Assembly: GCF_048593235.1 (NCBI RefSeq)
Contig: NC_133620.1
Coordinates: 355,227,261-355,291,260, forward strand
Direction of reading: 5' to 3'
DNA length: 64,000 bases
DNA from: Sminthopsis crassicaudata
Lineage: Eukaryota
Part shown: one piece after another, positions 1 through 13,500 of the stretch
How the letters are laid out: every line of letters begins with the position of its first letter
Numbering within the stretch: position 1 is the first letter of the stretch
The notes under the pieces: generated by a model
Told to the model about the DNA's origin: nothing
Databases searched by the model: none
The model's input: the letters and a program-made list of their open reading frames with translations, nothing else
Program-made: the position numbers and the translations under genes

Positions 1-110
1 GACTAGCTGGGTGACCTTGACCAAAATACTTCCCCTTTCTGGACCTCAGTTTCTTCATCTTTTAAAGGAGCGGGTTGGACTGGATCCCATCTGACCCTAA
101 TGATCTATGA
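1..110 (+). mobile_element. MIR/CORE-SINE fragment
   Basis: gtgaccttga...cctcagtttcttcatct core and MIR3-like tail. Confidence 0.6.
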
Positions 111-794
111 CTATTAAGAGGCTGTGCCCAGCCCTATAGGAAGAAGACCTAAAAGGAAACAAGATGACAATGGTCCAGGCTTTCAAGGAGATGACAGGTT
201 CATAGGACTATGGGATAGGGTGGAGAGCGGGGACGACTAGACTAACATAATAAAACAATCAGAGAATAATTACACGCTGACCTGTCTGGATGCCCAAGAT
301 AAGGACTGAAGGAGTTTGGAGAAGGAAGAGGTCAGTCTGAGCTGGAATAGTCCATGGAATGAGATTTGAGCTGGAAATTGAAGGATGAGGGAGATTTGGA
401 AAAGGGAAGGGAAGAAGAGAGAGACTTGGAGGTGAGGATGCTCGGCGAGAGGCTCTGGAATAAGGAGTATTTCTAAGTTAAGTACTCCCTTTGCACAAAG
501 AGGGAAAAAATCAATAATCAGCCATTACATTTAGCTAGCTCTGATGTAGGTTAAGGAAGATAGTAATTGAAGTCAGAAGCCCTGCGTTCAAATTACTGGG
601 CAGCTGGGTGGTGCATTGGATAGATCAACGCCCCCCAAGAGGAGGTCCTCAGTTCAAAGGCAGCCTCATTTATTCGCTTTATGATTCCAATTGCCTCCCA
701 ACCCATCACAAAAGACTAGTTGTAAATGAAAGCTCACCGGGGGTCGGGAAGTTGTCCTTAGAGTTCTGACCATCAAGTTTCTCCTTTTCTTCAG

Positions 795-1512
795 CTCTAT
801 GAAGAACCCTTCATAGCAACGGTCCTTTCCCTACTGAGACCACGGATTTCTTGGGGCCAGAACCTGTGAACTTTAATCCCTTGCTCTAAGTGCTTCCTTT
901 CTGGCTGGGGGAGGGGACGGCCATCCCCAGTGCCCCCAGCCATGACGACCTCAGCTCTGAGACGACAAGTGAAGAATATTGTGCACAATTATTCAGAAGC
1001 AGAAATTAAGGTACGTGAAGCAACCAGCAATGATCCCTGGGGGCCGCCCAGCTCCCTCATGTCCGAGATCGCTGACCTGACTTTCAACACCGTGGCCTTC
1101 GCCGAAGTCATGGGCATGATTTGGAGACGGCTCAACGACAGTGGCAAGAACTGGCGCCATGTGTACAAGGCTCTGACCCTGTTGGACTATTTGTTAAAGA
1201 CTGGCTCTGATAAAGTGGCCCACCAGTGTCGGGAGAACCTCTACACCATTCAGACCCTCAAGGACTTCCAGTACGTGGATCGCGACGGCAAGGACCAGGG
1301 CATCAACGTTCGGGAGAAGGTCAAGCAGGTGATGGGGCTGCTGAAGGATGAGGAGCGCCTGAAGCAGGAACGGACCCACGCCCTCAAGACCAAGGAGCGC
1401 ATGGCCCTTGAGGGCTCCGGCATCGGCAGCGGGCAGCTAAGCTACAGTCGCCGCTCCTCCCACTATGGGGATGAGTTCAGCCGGACCAGAGGATCCCCGT
1501 CTTCCTACAACT
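795..1512 (+). CDS. EPN3: EPN3 first coding exon (5'UTR 795-941, CDS from ATG 942; ENTH domain)
   Basis: Acceptor ttttcttcag at 794, gccATGa, donor T|gtgagt at 1513. The non-coding first exon is presumably upstream of the window. Confidence 0.95.
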
Positions 1513-4500
1513 GTGAGTGAGGGATCAGGCTAGATGGGGTGGGGAGGGGGAACCTTGGAGTGAGCTTTGTCAATTCTGGGAAAAAGGACCAGCTCCAGGG
1601 GATGGATCCACACCTGGCGTGTATCCTGCTTCCTACAGGCCAGCTCGAGGGCACACTGCTGCCGTTTAACTAAGCAGTTACCTAGGAAGGGACTATACTA
1701 TGTAATCATTCCCTCAGGTGGGCCGGGGAGAGAGGGGAGTTGGTTTTTCCAGTTCATAGGAGAGATTTCTTCTTGGCTGGACAGATTTATGCACTTGATA
1801 GCTATCTTTCAACATTCAGCCTAAGGGGGGAAAATGGAATATCACTCAGAATAATGGGAATATTGGAATCTCCGTTCCTTGTTTTAGAGATTTCCTTCCA
1901 TTGGTTTAAACCTCTATAACTAAGCAATTAACGTTGTGCTCACATAGTTTATTTAAACATAGTCTAGCAGCTAAGCATGATGGATGCACATCTGAAGCAG
2001 AGCCTGGTGCATTGCTTGAGCTTGGGAGGTCTGAGCTGCAGTAGTGTCTGCACTGTCTGCTCTACATATGATAGGTGCCTGGGAGTAGGCACTATCAGGT
2101 TGCCTAAGGCGGAGCAAAATGGCCCAGGTCAGAAAGAGGGCAAGTCAGAACTTCTGTGAGGATCAGCATTGGGATCAATCCGATTGCAGCTGCTCTTTTT
2201 CTAGTTTGGGCAAGTTAGGAAGATCCAATTTTTTAAAATAAACATAGCAAAATAATAAAGCAAATTACCAAACAACTGCTAAGGACCCCCACTCATAGAG
2301 CACCAATTCCTTCTCCCCTTTTACAAACCTCCTTCCAGCCTGTAGATTTCCTACTGGGAGTAACTCTGCCCAACCATGAAGAAATGGGTAATGCTGGGTC
2401 TAGTCTTCTGGTCATGTATCACCAAGATCTACAGTATCGTAGTAGTTGCCAAGCCATTTTTTTCCCTTGGTCACTTCTCTGTCTTGTCACATTTCGGACT
2501 AGCCTTCTACCCATGCTTTCCATCCTGGAGCCTCAGCTGCCATGGCAGCTTTCCAAGATCTGTCCCAACTCTGTACCTGGCACTCTCAGCTTGAGAGGTA
2601 GCAGCTTAGTGGCAACAGAAGGCAATAGTGAGCAAACCACCTGTCCCATCAGCAGCTCTTAATTTTTGTTTCTCTGTTCTCGGCTGCATAGAAGTGGGGA
2701 GGAGAGGGAAGGAAGAAAAGGCTGACTAAAAGTCTCTTTCAAGGGCAGAAAAAGAGGAGATAGGAATATTGGGATCTGTGCAACTGCATGCAACTCCTTC
2801 TATTTCCAGATTTCTCACTAATTTATTTCCCTTTGCTAGGAGCTCCCTGTAAGCTTCTGGTGGGTTGAAATGTCATTGTAAAAACAACCATTACAAATAA
2901 TTACATATAACAGGGAGAGGCTTTGGAGTCAACAAGATCTGGGTTCAACTTTTACCTCTAATTTATAGTAGCTATACAGCCATAGATAACTTTTTTAGAC
3001 AAAAAGTTGCAGGTGAGTTGCTAATCTGAGTCTTTGGAGAAAATAGCAGTGAAATCACAGGGGCAGATATAAATACACATAGCTGTGGTTTATTATAGAG
3101 AGCATAGAACATGGAGTTTTTTTAAGAAAGGAAAAAAAAGCTTTAAAAAAAGACCTGCAGTTGAGACCTAGATCTGATATTAGTTTTACGACCTTTGGAT
3201 ACATCATTCAACTTCTCTGAGGCTTAGTATCTTTATCTGTAAAAAGGAGATAATCAGATTTAACCTGTAGCTTTTTCTTAAAAAAAAAAAACCCAGAATA
3301 TAACAAAAGTACTTTGTACTCTAAAGTGTTGTCGTTATTATCCATCACCTTGCAGCACATACAGCAAGTGCCTAATAAATATCTTTGAATTGAATTTTCA
3401 TCAGTCATCAAGCATTTATTTTGTGCCAGATGCAATGTTTGTCTCTAGATAAACAAAGAAGAAAGTGATTTAATCCCTGCCCCTCAAGGAGTTTAAATCC
3501 TAATGTGGGATGAACTAAAGTCATAAAGATAAAGAAGATAAATGTTCACTTTGAGTGGAAAGGGGGGAGAGTAGGGAATCAGGAAAGACTACTTTCAGTT
3601 GGTGGTGCTTACATTGACAAAGAAACTGCAAAATTTGGCAACTGGCTGGATATGTGGGGTGAGTGAAAACCCTAAAGAGCTACAGATAATATCAAGGTAT
3701 GAACATGAGTGACTAGAAGGATGGGAAATTCATGATGATGGATTAGTTGTATTGGAGATGCCTCTGGGACAAACCATTAGAAATGTCCAGCAGCATTTGG
3801 TAATACAGGATTGCAGTTCAGGAGAGAGACTAGTTTTTGATATACAGATTTGGGAATGATCCACATAAAGACAATAATTGAACCTTTGGAAGCAGATGAG
3901 GTTATCAAGTGAGAAAATGGAAAGAGAAAAGAGAAGGCCCAGGACTTCTCCTGAGTCTTTTTAGAGGTCATGATGTAGATGAAGAGCCAGCAAAAGAAAC
4001 TGAGAAGTGGAATTATAGGTGGAAGAACTAAGAGAGTATAGGATCACAGACTCCAGAGAAAACATCCAGGAGGGAAGTTAACAGTGTCAAATGTCACAGA
4101 AAAGTTGAGAAGGATGAAAATTAAAAATAAGACATTAGATTTGGCAATTAAAAGTTAAGGGGTAGCTGGATGGCATAGTGGGTAGACCATTGGCCCTAGA
4201 GTGAGGAGGACCTGAGTTCAAATCTAGACCTTAAATACTTAATACTTATTAACTGTGTGATCCTGGGCAACTCACTTAACCCCAATTGCTTCTAAGAAAA
4301 AAAGTTTAGCAGTGACTTTGGAAAGGGACTCTCCTTGGGAGATAAACTTGGAGGCCAGATTGCAGAGGATTTAGAAAAGAGTCAGGCGATAAATTAGAGA
4401 TGATCAGATAAAACAAAAACCAGTATTTTTTTTAATTTCATGTAAAAATAATTTTTAACATTTTAAAGTTTTCTTTTTTTTAATTTTTAAAATTTTGAGT

Positions 4501-7500
4501 TCGGCATTTTCTTTCTCCCTTCCTAAGATAGTAAGCAATTTGATATAGGTTATATATGTGTATGCAGCTTTTTCAAGAAGTTGGCTAAGAGAAGAAGGAA
4601 GGATACAGGCCAATTCTTGGCTAGCAGAGTAGGATCTAGTGAAGGTTTTATTTTTTTTAAGGATGGGAGAGACAATTATGTTGTAAGTTGTAGGAAGAAA
4701 CCAGTAGGTAGGGAGAGATTGAAGATCAGGAAAGGGGAATGATAATGGGGGAAATATGCTGGAAAAGATGAGAGGAGATGGGATTGAAGGTCCATATAAA
4801 AGGAAACTTACTGGCTGGGCAAGTCATTTAACCCTGTTTGCCTCAGTTTTCTTTTCTATAAAATGAACTGGAGAAGGAAATGGTAAACAACTAAAATATT
4901 TTTGCCAAGAAAACCCCCAATGGAGTCATGAAAAGTTGGATATTACTGGAACAACAGAATAACAATAAAAAGATTGATCAATGCAAGAAGGAGTACCTCT
5001 CTCCCAGCAACTGAAGTAAACAAGGACATACTAAGGAACTGTGTCAAGAGACAATGGGATGAAGAGGAAGGGCGTAAGAAGAAGCCTATTTCAAATAACT
5101 TCAATTTTCTCAGTAAAATATAAGGTGAAGTTCTCAGCTGAGAATGTAGGAAGATAGGGTGATAAAGGTGGGACCGTGAGAAGAGAAGGTCTGAAATGAG
5201 AAGGACAATCAATTAGAGAGAAATAAGATTATCTTACTTCTGTGAAGGTCTATTTGAGATTAGATAACATAAATTTATAGTGTATTTGGTTAGCATTGTT
5301 TTATATTATCTCCTTTGGTCTCCACAGCAGTCTTCTGAAGGAGGTAAAACAGGTTATTATGTTTCCCCAACTCAGAGATAAAACTGAAATCAGGGTAAAC
5401 TGCTAGCTCAACTCATAGTGATAGTGCCAGAATTACATCCCAAGTATTCTGATTGCTAGTCTGATACTTTTTTTTTTACTATGCCACCATATCTCCCTGA
5501 AAATAATAATTGCAATAATAATAACAAAAACAGCAATTCATCAAACATAAGGATCTTTAAAAGCTTCGATGGCTGAATATGTTAAGAAGTTCACTGGTAT
5601 CTTGAAATCGAAGCTTAAATGGGAAGAATATATTTGAAGAAATTAACAATTACACAGTATCAGTCTTAATGTGAAACTTGGTGTGTAGTTCCCTAAAGCA
5701 GTTATTGAAAATAACACTTCTTCATAAAAAACAGAAGAATGAACTTGACAGACATCCTTAGAGTACATGATAAATTGGTCAGAAACTTACAGAAGCATTT
5801 TTGAAACAAGCAGATATGATGTCACTGAGCAATAGTAAAGGCTTAACAAGTATTCACCAATTGATTTGTTAAATGCAACCAAAACTGATTTCTCTTTAGA
5901 AGAAGCCTATGAAACAGCTAAGGTCCAAAAATGAAATATAAAGGCCCTTTATAAGACACATCACCAAGAATCCTGCCAACCACTTTCTGATAAAGAATCA
6001 AAGAAGTATCAGAAAAGTGGCTAAGGGTTAGGGATTGGATTTTGGAAATGATTAGGGTGGAGTAGTATTAGTTCAGTATGGCATCATTCCCACTCCAGAA
6101 ATTAGAGAATAAATTACAGAATTACTTAAGAAGCTAAGGTGAGCAATATTGCTCATGTAAAGAAAATTTTCCTGCTAACTGTTAAAAAGAAATAGCACCC
6201 ACTAAGTATTTAGCAAACCATGACCTGGTGGTTCCAATAATGTTGACGAAGCAAGGAAAGAGAAATGGCTGAGTCAGGCAAGTTTATTGTTAGAAATGAA
6301 GGGGTTTATGTGAATGATTCAGGATCAGATCATCACCTCGAAGACTTACAGGAAGATTACTCTTAAGGAGCCTAGATGTATTGAGCAATGCAGATTATAT
6401 AATGCATTGACAGAAATAGCAGTCTATCACTGAAGATTGAAGAAATTTATCATCTACTAGCTACCTAGAAAGATACAGCCAAGAGGCTAGGATTACACAC
6501 TAGAAGCTTATTTTATTTTATTGCAAAGGGGCCTTTGGTCTCCTTCCCCTTTTAGCTCATCTGATTTAAAGATGAAAAAGTGTTAACCTCCAGAGATGAC
6601 TTCACAAAATATGAACATCTTTCTCTGAATGAGATGAAAGACAGAATTCCATTGGCTGAAGAAATTAACACCATGTGAGAACAGGACAAGGCAGAGTTCA
6701 TCTTCATCATCCAATCTGTTACTAGAGTTTGACCTGAAGATGCTTTCTACAGAGGGTGATCTTATACCCAATAATCTGATTCAGTTATAAAAGGCAGTCA
6801 CTTTATCCAGCTGCCCAATTAGCTGTAGAACACCGAACATAAAAGAATAATAGCAGGATAAAAACATGTCACCTCTAGGTGATCCTTAAAGATAATTTGT
6901 CACTTTAAATTGGAAAAAGAATTCAGGCCATGAGAAGGAATTGCTGAGGATAAATGAAAAGATCTTTGTTTCTCCCTCCCCCCTCAACTTCTACTATGAT
7001 ATCTAGTAGCAGAATTATTAGCCTTGACAAAATCATCCCATAAGCAATTGGAGTCAGTACAAGAAGAAAATTCTAAAACTTGTCCTTGGTAGGTGACCAG
7101 CTTCAGAATTACAGTCCTGAGAGAGCAGAGTTTCTATTAGTACTAGGTGCCTGTTCTTTCCAAAAGAACACAGCAGTCACCAGTTGACTGTAGCTGAAAC
7201 TCAAGTTGGAAAAGATGTAGATGACAGTTCTCACTAGTCTAGCTCAGTAGTGATGGAACCTACCCAGCACAGAGCTGGGGCCCTTCAAAGAACAGCATAA
7301 GGATAAAAGAAGAAGCAGGAAGATCTTGCACAAATTTCTTTGGCTGCTTGTCTGTATGTATTCGTTACATGCGTGCCTTAACACCAGAGATCTCTGGGCT
7401 CATTCTTCCTTCCAGCAGATGCTTTGCATATATATGGGAAAATGCTCCCCCTGTTTATGGAGAGAGGAGAGGAAGTTTTGTAGCTATTCTTACTATGCCA

Positions 7501-10500
7501 TCACTTTTAAGTTATTTATGTCTTCTTTTATATAAACAGAATTAAATTTGCCTGTTAATGGGGTAATCGCACCATCTGGGGCTCATGAGTTAGAATTTTG
7601 GATAGGTGACTTCACAGAGATATACCCCTTGGATATACCCAATAGAGACCAATCTCTGAGTGTGAGTATGAGTTCAGAGACATATGTATTTTTTAAATAG
7701 ATGACATCTCCACTCAACAAATTCAAACCTCCAAAAGAGAGAAAAATAAAATATTTTGAAAAATGAACCAATAAACTATACTAAACTTGGAATATATTTA
7801 TAGACCAGAAACCAGGACCTAGCATTGATCCATAAAAATTTAATAATGCTGTTTTAATTGAGATCATTCTGTCATCCTCATGCTCTCCAAACTTTTAAAA
7901 CATAGGGATCTGGCTGAAGAAACTAAACCATGTGCAACCAGGATGAGGCATAGTTCATATCCATCATACAACCTGTTACTAGAATTGACCTGAAGATGCT
8001 TTCTACAGAGGGTGATCTTATATCCCAATAACCTTATTCAATTTTTTTTTATAAAAGGCAGTCACTTTATCCACCTGCCCGATTATCTGCAGAACACTGA
8101 ATGTAAAAGAATAATAGCCGAATAAAAATTTTCTCAATTTTTTCTACTGAAACGTCTTCCCAGAAAGATGATAACAAGAACATTTTTAAAAAGGCATCCA
8201 AATAGTGTTTTTGATCCACTATTGCCTTTAATTCCCATAGCAACTGTCTGAGTACGTACTTATGTTGTTGTTGCTTAGTCATTTCAATTCTGTCTGACCC
8301 TTTGTGAGTTGGGAGTATCTTGGCAAAGATGCTGGAGTGGCTTGCCATTTCCTTCTCCAGCTCATTCTATAGATGAGGAGATGAAGACAAACAGAGTAAA
8401 GTGACTTGCCCAGGATCATGCAGCTATTGTCTGCTCAGGAAAATGAATGGGTCTTTGTGAATCTAGATTAGGGTCCTACACACCCAAAGTAGGTCCAATG
8501 TTATTAGCTATATTTTACAGGAAAGTCAGGCACAAAGATTTAAGTGACTTGCTAATGATTATACCACTTCTAAGTGTAGGAGATGGCATTTGACTTCAAG
8601 TCTAATACTGTGGAGTCTCCCCAACTCAGACCTTTGCCTATGTCAAGATGTATTTTGAACATTTTGACTATAACAAAGATTTGAGGAGTCTGAAACCTTC
8701 CTTCCCTATTCCAGCCTCATCTTCATCTCCTCGATTCACCTCAGACTTGGAGCAAGCTAGACCCCAGACCACAGGAGAGGAGGAGCTCCAGCTGCAGCTG
8801 GCACTGGCCATGAGCCGGGAGGAGGCAGAGAAGGTAATGTTATCATGGAGTCACTAGGATTTGATATGTATGTGTTGAGGAGGAGATAGACAGGAGCTAA
8901 GGGCAATCAGAAAGCACCTGCTTTACAGGAGGGAACCCAGCTTAGTTTTCTGAGGCTTCTAGGTACCATGCTACTTTAGCCAGAAGGTGATTGGCACAGA
9001 AGGAACCAGGCTACGTTCAAGTGTTTCTAGACTAGAATAGCCCCATCCCCAAGGTCCCAGCCCCAGGTGTGTCCAATATGGGCCCATTTGCTGCTTTCTT
9101 CTGCTGTTGGACTTTCTGACATGGACTTTTCTTGAAAAAAAAAAGTCACCTTGAAAGGATAAAGGGCTTCTCTTTGAACCATCCAAGAGCAGAATCTTAG
9201 CAACCTCATGCTTATTTGTCTCTAAAAGTTTCTTTCTGCCAATCACTATGACCTGAAAGGATTTATGGGGGACACACCTGCAGGGGCACGCAAGGTACCT
9301 TCCTAGGATGTCTGGGAAAGTACCATAGGACACATCTCCTCTCAAAGAAGAACAAAGAGGGAGACAACTCAAGCATCTTTTGTGCCATTATTCTTCCCTG
9401 TTCCCAGACCAAGGCTTCATATTCTCTTTGCAGATCTCACCTGACAAATCTGAACACAGTGTGGAACAGCCTCTTGCCCAGGCAGGGCTACCTACAGTCA
9501 CTCAGCAAGGGTTCAGATGCGGTTAAGATTTAAGGGGTGGGAAGGGAGCATTTTGACACATAAAGCTTGCAAATGTATACAAAATAATGTGTGAATATAC
9601 TTTTTTTCTCCTTTCCATTAGCCTAGGGCTTGGGCAATTGACATCACAGGACTGTAGCCCAGCCTCCCTCCCCCCGCCCCATTCTCTTTCCTTTCCCAAT
9701 TTCCTTCTGCCCTAATACTCTCTGTCTCAAAACAAGGCTCTTTGCTCCTCTACCATCCCTGTGCCCCATTTCCCTTCATTTCTCATCTTTTTTCTCTCCC
9801 TTCTCTGGTTTCCCTGGACATCATATTTCCTATCCTAGCTGTCTTTTATCCTTTTGTCCCATATCTCACCCTTCTCCATCTCCCACTTTCCTTTTGCCCA
9901 TATCTCATTCTACCCTATTCTCACTTCCTCCTGCCCCATCTCTCACCTTTTCTCCTGCCCCATATCTCACTCTGCCCCATTTCCCATCTTCCTCCTGTGT
10001 CATATCTTACCCTACTCATCTCCCACCTTCCTCCTACCCCATATCTCACTCTGCCCATCTCCCACTTTTCTCCTCCCCCATATTTTACCCTATCTCTTTT
10101 CACTCTTCTCTCTCCCAGCCCCCCAGTCCCATCTGTTCCCTACCACTACCCTACCTCCTTTCTGCTTTCTCTTCCCATATCTCCTACCCTCTGCCCTTCC
10201 TCTCTCTGCCCATCCCTTCCAGCACCCTTGCCCAAGACTGAGAACTGAAAGGGTGGGGAAAGGTGAACTGAACCAAACAGGGGAATGCCCATTTCATTCT
10301 CTTCTCCTTCATCCCCAACAGCCGGTCCCTCCAGCCTCCCACAGGGACGAGGATCTGCAGCTACAGCTGGCACTGCGTCTGAGCCAGCAGGAGCATGAGA
10401 AGGTAGTGGAGCCCCCAGACCCTAGTCTGGGACTGGTGCTGGTGCTGGTGCTTCTGGGCACTAACAGGGCTCCTCTCTGCAGCTCTTCTCGGTTTCACTT

Positions 10501-13500
10501 GGTATTTCTCCAGATCCTTCTCGCTCCTGCTTGGCTCCTTAACCACTTTGTCACCTAGCCTGAATTTTTCCCTGCTGCCCTCCTCGCCTTCGCCTCCCCA
10601 CCCCCACCCCTGCTTTCTCTTCGTGTCTGCAGGCTCCTGGTGGATCCTCTGGGGAGCTGAACGTTCTCCTTAGCCTAACATTGGATGCCCTGGGTTCTAG
10701 GGCCCTGGGTCCCAGGGTCCCCATGGCTCCCAAACTTAGCTGGTTGCTCCCCCTGCTCCACCACCAATCTGTCCCAAATGCAGGAGGTGAGGTCCTGGAG
10801 GGGAGATGACTCCCCCTTATCCAAAGGCGCTGGGGGCCATGGTCGCCGGGACCAGGACCCCGAAAGAGAAGAGGAAAAGGAAGAAGAGAAACTGAAAACC
10901 AGCCAGGTTTGTGAAGAGATGGAGGTCTATGGAGGGGAGGAAGCATGCTGGGAGGAGGGGAATAAGGAATTGAGGGATAAAGGAATATAATGGTCATGGG
11001 GGATATGCAGAAGAGGCTGGGGCAGAGGGTCAGTTTAGGGGCAGTACCATCCTCCAGGTTCTGGGGATGTTACATTAGCTATGGTCTAAAGGAGAGGACC
11101 CTCAGCTGGGCCTCACACCAGCTTCTACTCACTGTGTAACCTTAGACTCTGCTCTGCGCCTCTCTGTGTCTTCCATAAGAAAGATGAGAAAGCTGAACCA
11201 AATGACCACTGAGCCCCATTCTAACCTTGGCATTTATGACCTCGGGACTCCTGGGATACTATTGAATTGGACTAGTGACAAACAAGAGGAGAGCAGGTAG
11301 AAAAAAGAAATATCAGTCAGCTGGAGATTTAGGGAGATGAGGTGGTGTTTTCATGAATCCAACTTAAGGCAAAGTCGGGGTTGTTGCCTACCTCGAAATA
11401 ACGGCCCTCTCCAAGTCTACTTCTGACTGAATTAGAACTTTTTGTGAATCTTCTCCCCTTGAGGTCAGCTTTAATACTTATTTCAACTAGATTTTCCCCC
11501 TCTGATAAAAATGTTAAAATAAGGAAGTTTATGCTATGGCTTCCTGAAGCCCTGAACCTGCTAAGGGATGGGTAATCAGTAAGCGCTTACTGAGTATCTG
11601 TTGTTTGGTGTGCTCTTGGGATAAAAAAACAAAGAAAGGAAACAGCCCTTGACTTCAAAGAGTTACATTATATAAGAGTAATAACACATAAATGTTATGT
11701 GTGTATATGTTTATGAAGAATATTTTTAAAATGTGGGGGCAACTACATGGCCCCTAAGTTCAAATCTGGCCTCAGATTCTATTGCTAACTGTATGGTCCT
11801 AAGCAAGGGATTAATCCAGATTGTNNNNNNNNNNNNNNNNNNNNNNNNNNNNNNNNNNNNNNNNNNNNNNNNNNNNNNNNNNNNNNNNNNNNNNNNNNNN
11901 NNNNNNNNNNNNNNNNNNNNNNNNNNNNNNNNNNNNNNNNNNNNNNNNNNNNNNNATTCATACATATACACATAGATATATATGCATATATACATAAAAT
12001 ATTTCACATATAAATGTATATGTGTGTGTGTTTGTGCCCTAGCAGCTGAGGGAAGGGAATGGTAGGAAAAGCTTCATGTAGGAGGTAGATTTTGAAGCAA
12101 GTAAGATTTTAGATTTGGAGGTAGTGCTTTCCAAGCAAAGGGAATGGATAGATAGCCTGTATAAAGACAGGATCTTACCATAGGAATGGATCAACAAGGA
12201 GACTAGTTTGATAGAGAATGTGAAGGGGGTAACGCATAATGATGAGTGAGAATCTTAGAGTCAAGACTGGCCATGTCCCAGTGGAAAAAGCCCTGGATTT
12301 GTTAAGTAAATCCCACTCCCCCACCCCCTCAGGCCTGTTTCTATCCTTAGAAAATGAGGTTAGACTAGATGATTTCTTCCAGCTCTAGGACCTATGACCT
12401 TAGGATACTTCTGCTGACTGTCCTGCCTTCCCCTGCTGATGGGAAGGGAGAGGATGGAAACAGAACAGGACAGGAAAGGGTTGGGAGCTACTCGTCTACC
12501 AGAAGGTACAGTAGAGGTGTTTAATAAAATAGTGGAAATGAATGAATAAAAAGGCTGAGGTTCTGTGGCTCTGAGCTCCCATTTCCCAAGGTGCTCAGCT
12601 GTCTCTTCACTGTCCTTCTTTGTAGTCTTCCATCCTGGACCTTGCTGATATCTTTGGACCAGGACCAGCTCCACCCTCCACACACAGCTCTGCTGACCCA
12701 TGGGATATCCCAGGTGGGGTAGTCAAGGAGAAAGACATGCAGACCCCTACCCTCTGGGATATAGAGACATTTGGGACCTCTCTCCATAACCAGTCTCTGG
12801 GTAGATCCCTCTCTCTGTGACTCTGTCTCTCTCTTTCTCTCTTTCTCTCTCTCTCTCTCTTTTCTTCCTTCTTCCCCTACCTAGGGACATTTCCTAGTAG
12901 GAATTTAAATGATCAGAAGGGGAAATGGAAGACTCCAAATTTCCCCCTAGTATCTTAGTTTTCCTACACATGAATGGGTTGCCAGGTCCTCTCTGATAAG
13001 GAAGATGACCAGGATAGAAAGGAGGGAGGGAGAGGGATGAGATATAGGGTGGAGAGAAGTAGCTGGGGATGGAAATAGAAAATGATGGGGTATCTGTGCT
13101 ATTCTCATTTTAGGTCTCAGGTCTACAGTAGAACCTGCTGGCTCCTCTTGGGGACCCTCGGCAGATCCCTGGTCTCCAGCACCTTCTGGGGATCCTCTGT
13201 CCAGGAGCCAGCCTTGGGATTTGTCCTCTGTTCTCTCATCTTCGGAACCTTGGAGGCGGACACCTGGGCCACCCCTGTCCATGGATCCCTGGGTGAAGGA
13301 TTCCCCTCATCATAAGCCCTCTGGCTCAGGGACAGACCCTTGGGGAGCTAGCTTGGACACTCCCAACACGCCCAGTAAGTGAAAGCCTATTGTCCTCCTA
13401 AACCATCCAGTCTGAAAATAGAAGAGGGGGTGAGGTGGAGAGGGACTGGTACTCCTGATTCCATCCCTGATCTCAAAGATTTGGCTCCTGTGGTTTAAAT

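Noticed and set aside
2535-2550. Perfect 16-bp palindrome AGCTGCCATGGCAGCT (X-box-like)
   Set aside because: Single occurrence with both outer positions off consensus; not enough to call.
6866-7575. Possible solo LTR between the R4 fragments
   Set aside because: TG...CA-like ends but no TSD or recognisable family; left unassigned.
6583-8348. Minus-strand ORFs (62 and 93 aa) as a possible processed pseudogene
   Set aside because: The plus strand explains the region as R4 endonuclease remnants, plus a MAR1 tail for the 93-aa ORF.
9742-10558. Long ORFs (168, 234, 115 aa) in EPN3 intron
   Set aside because: By-product of stop-poor CT-rich low complexity; only 10322-10402 is the real exon.
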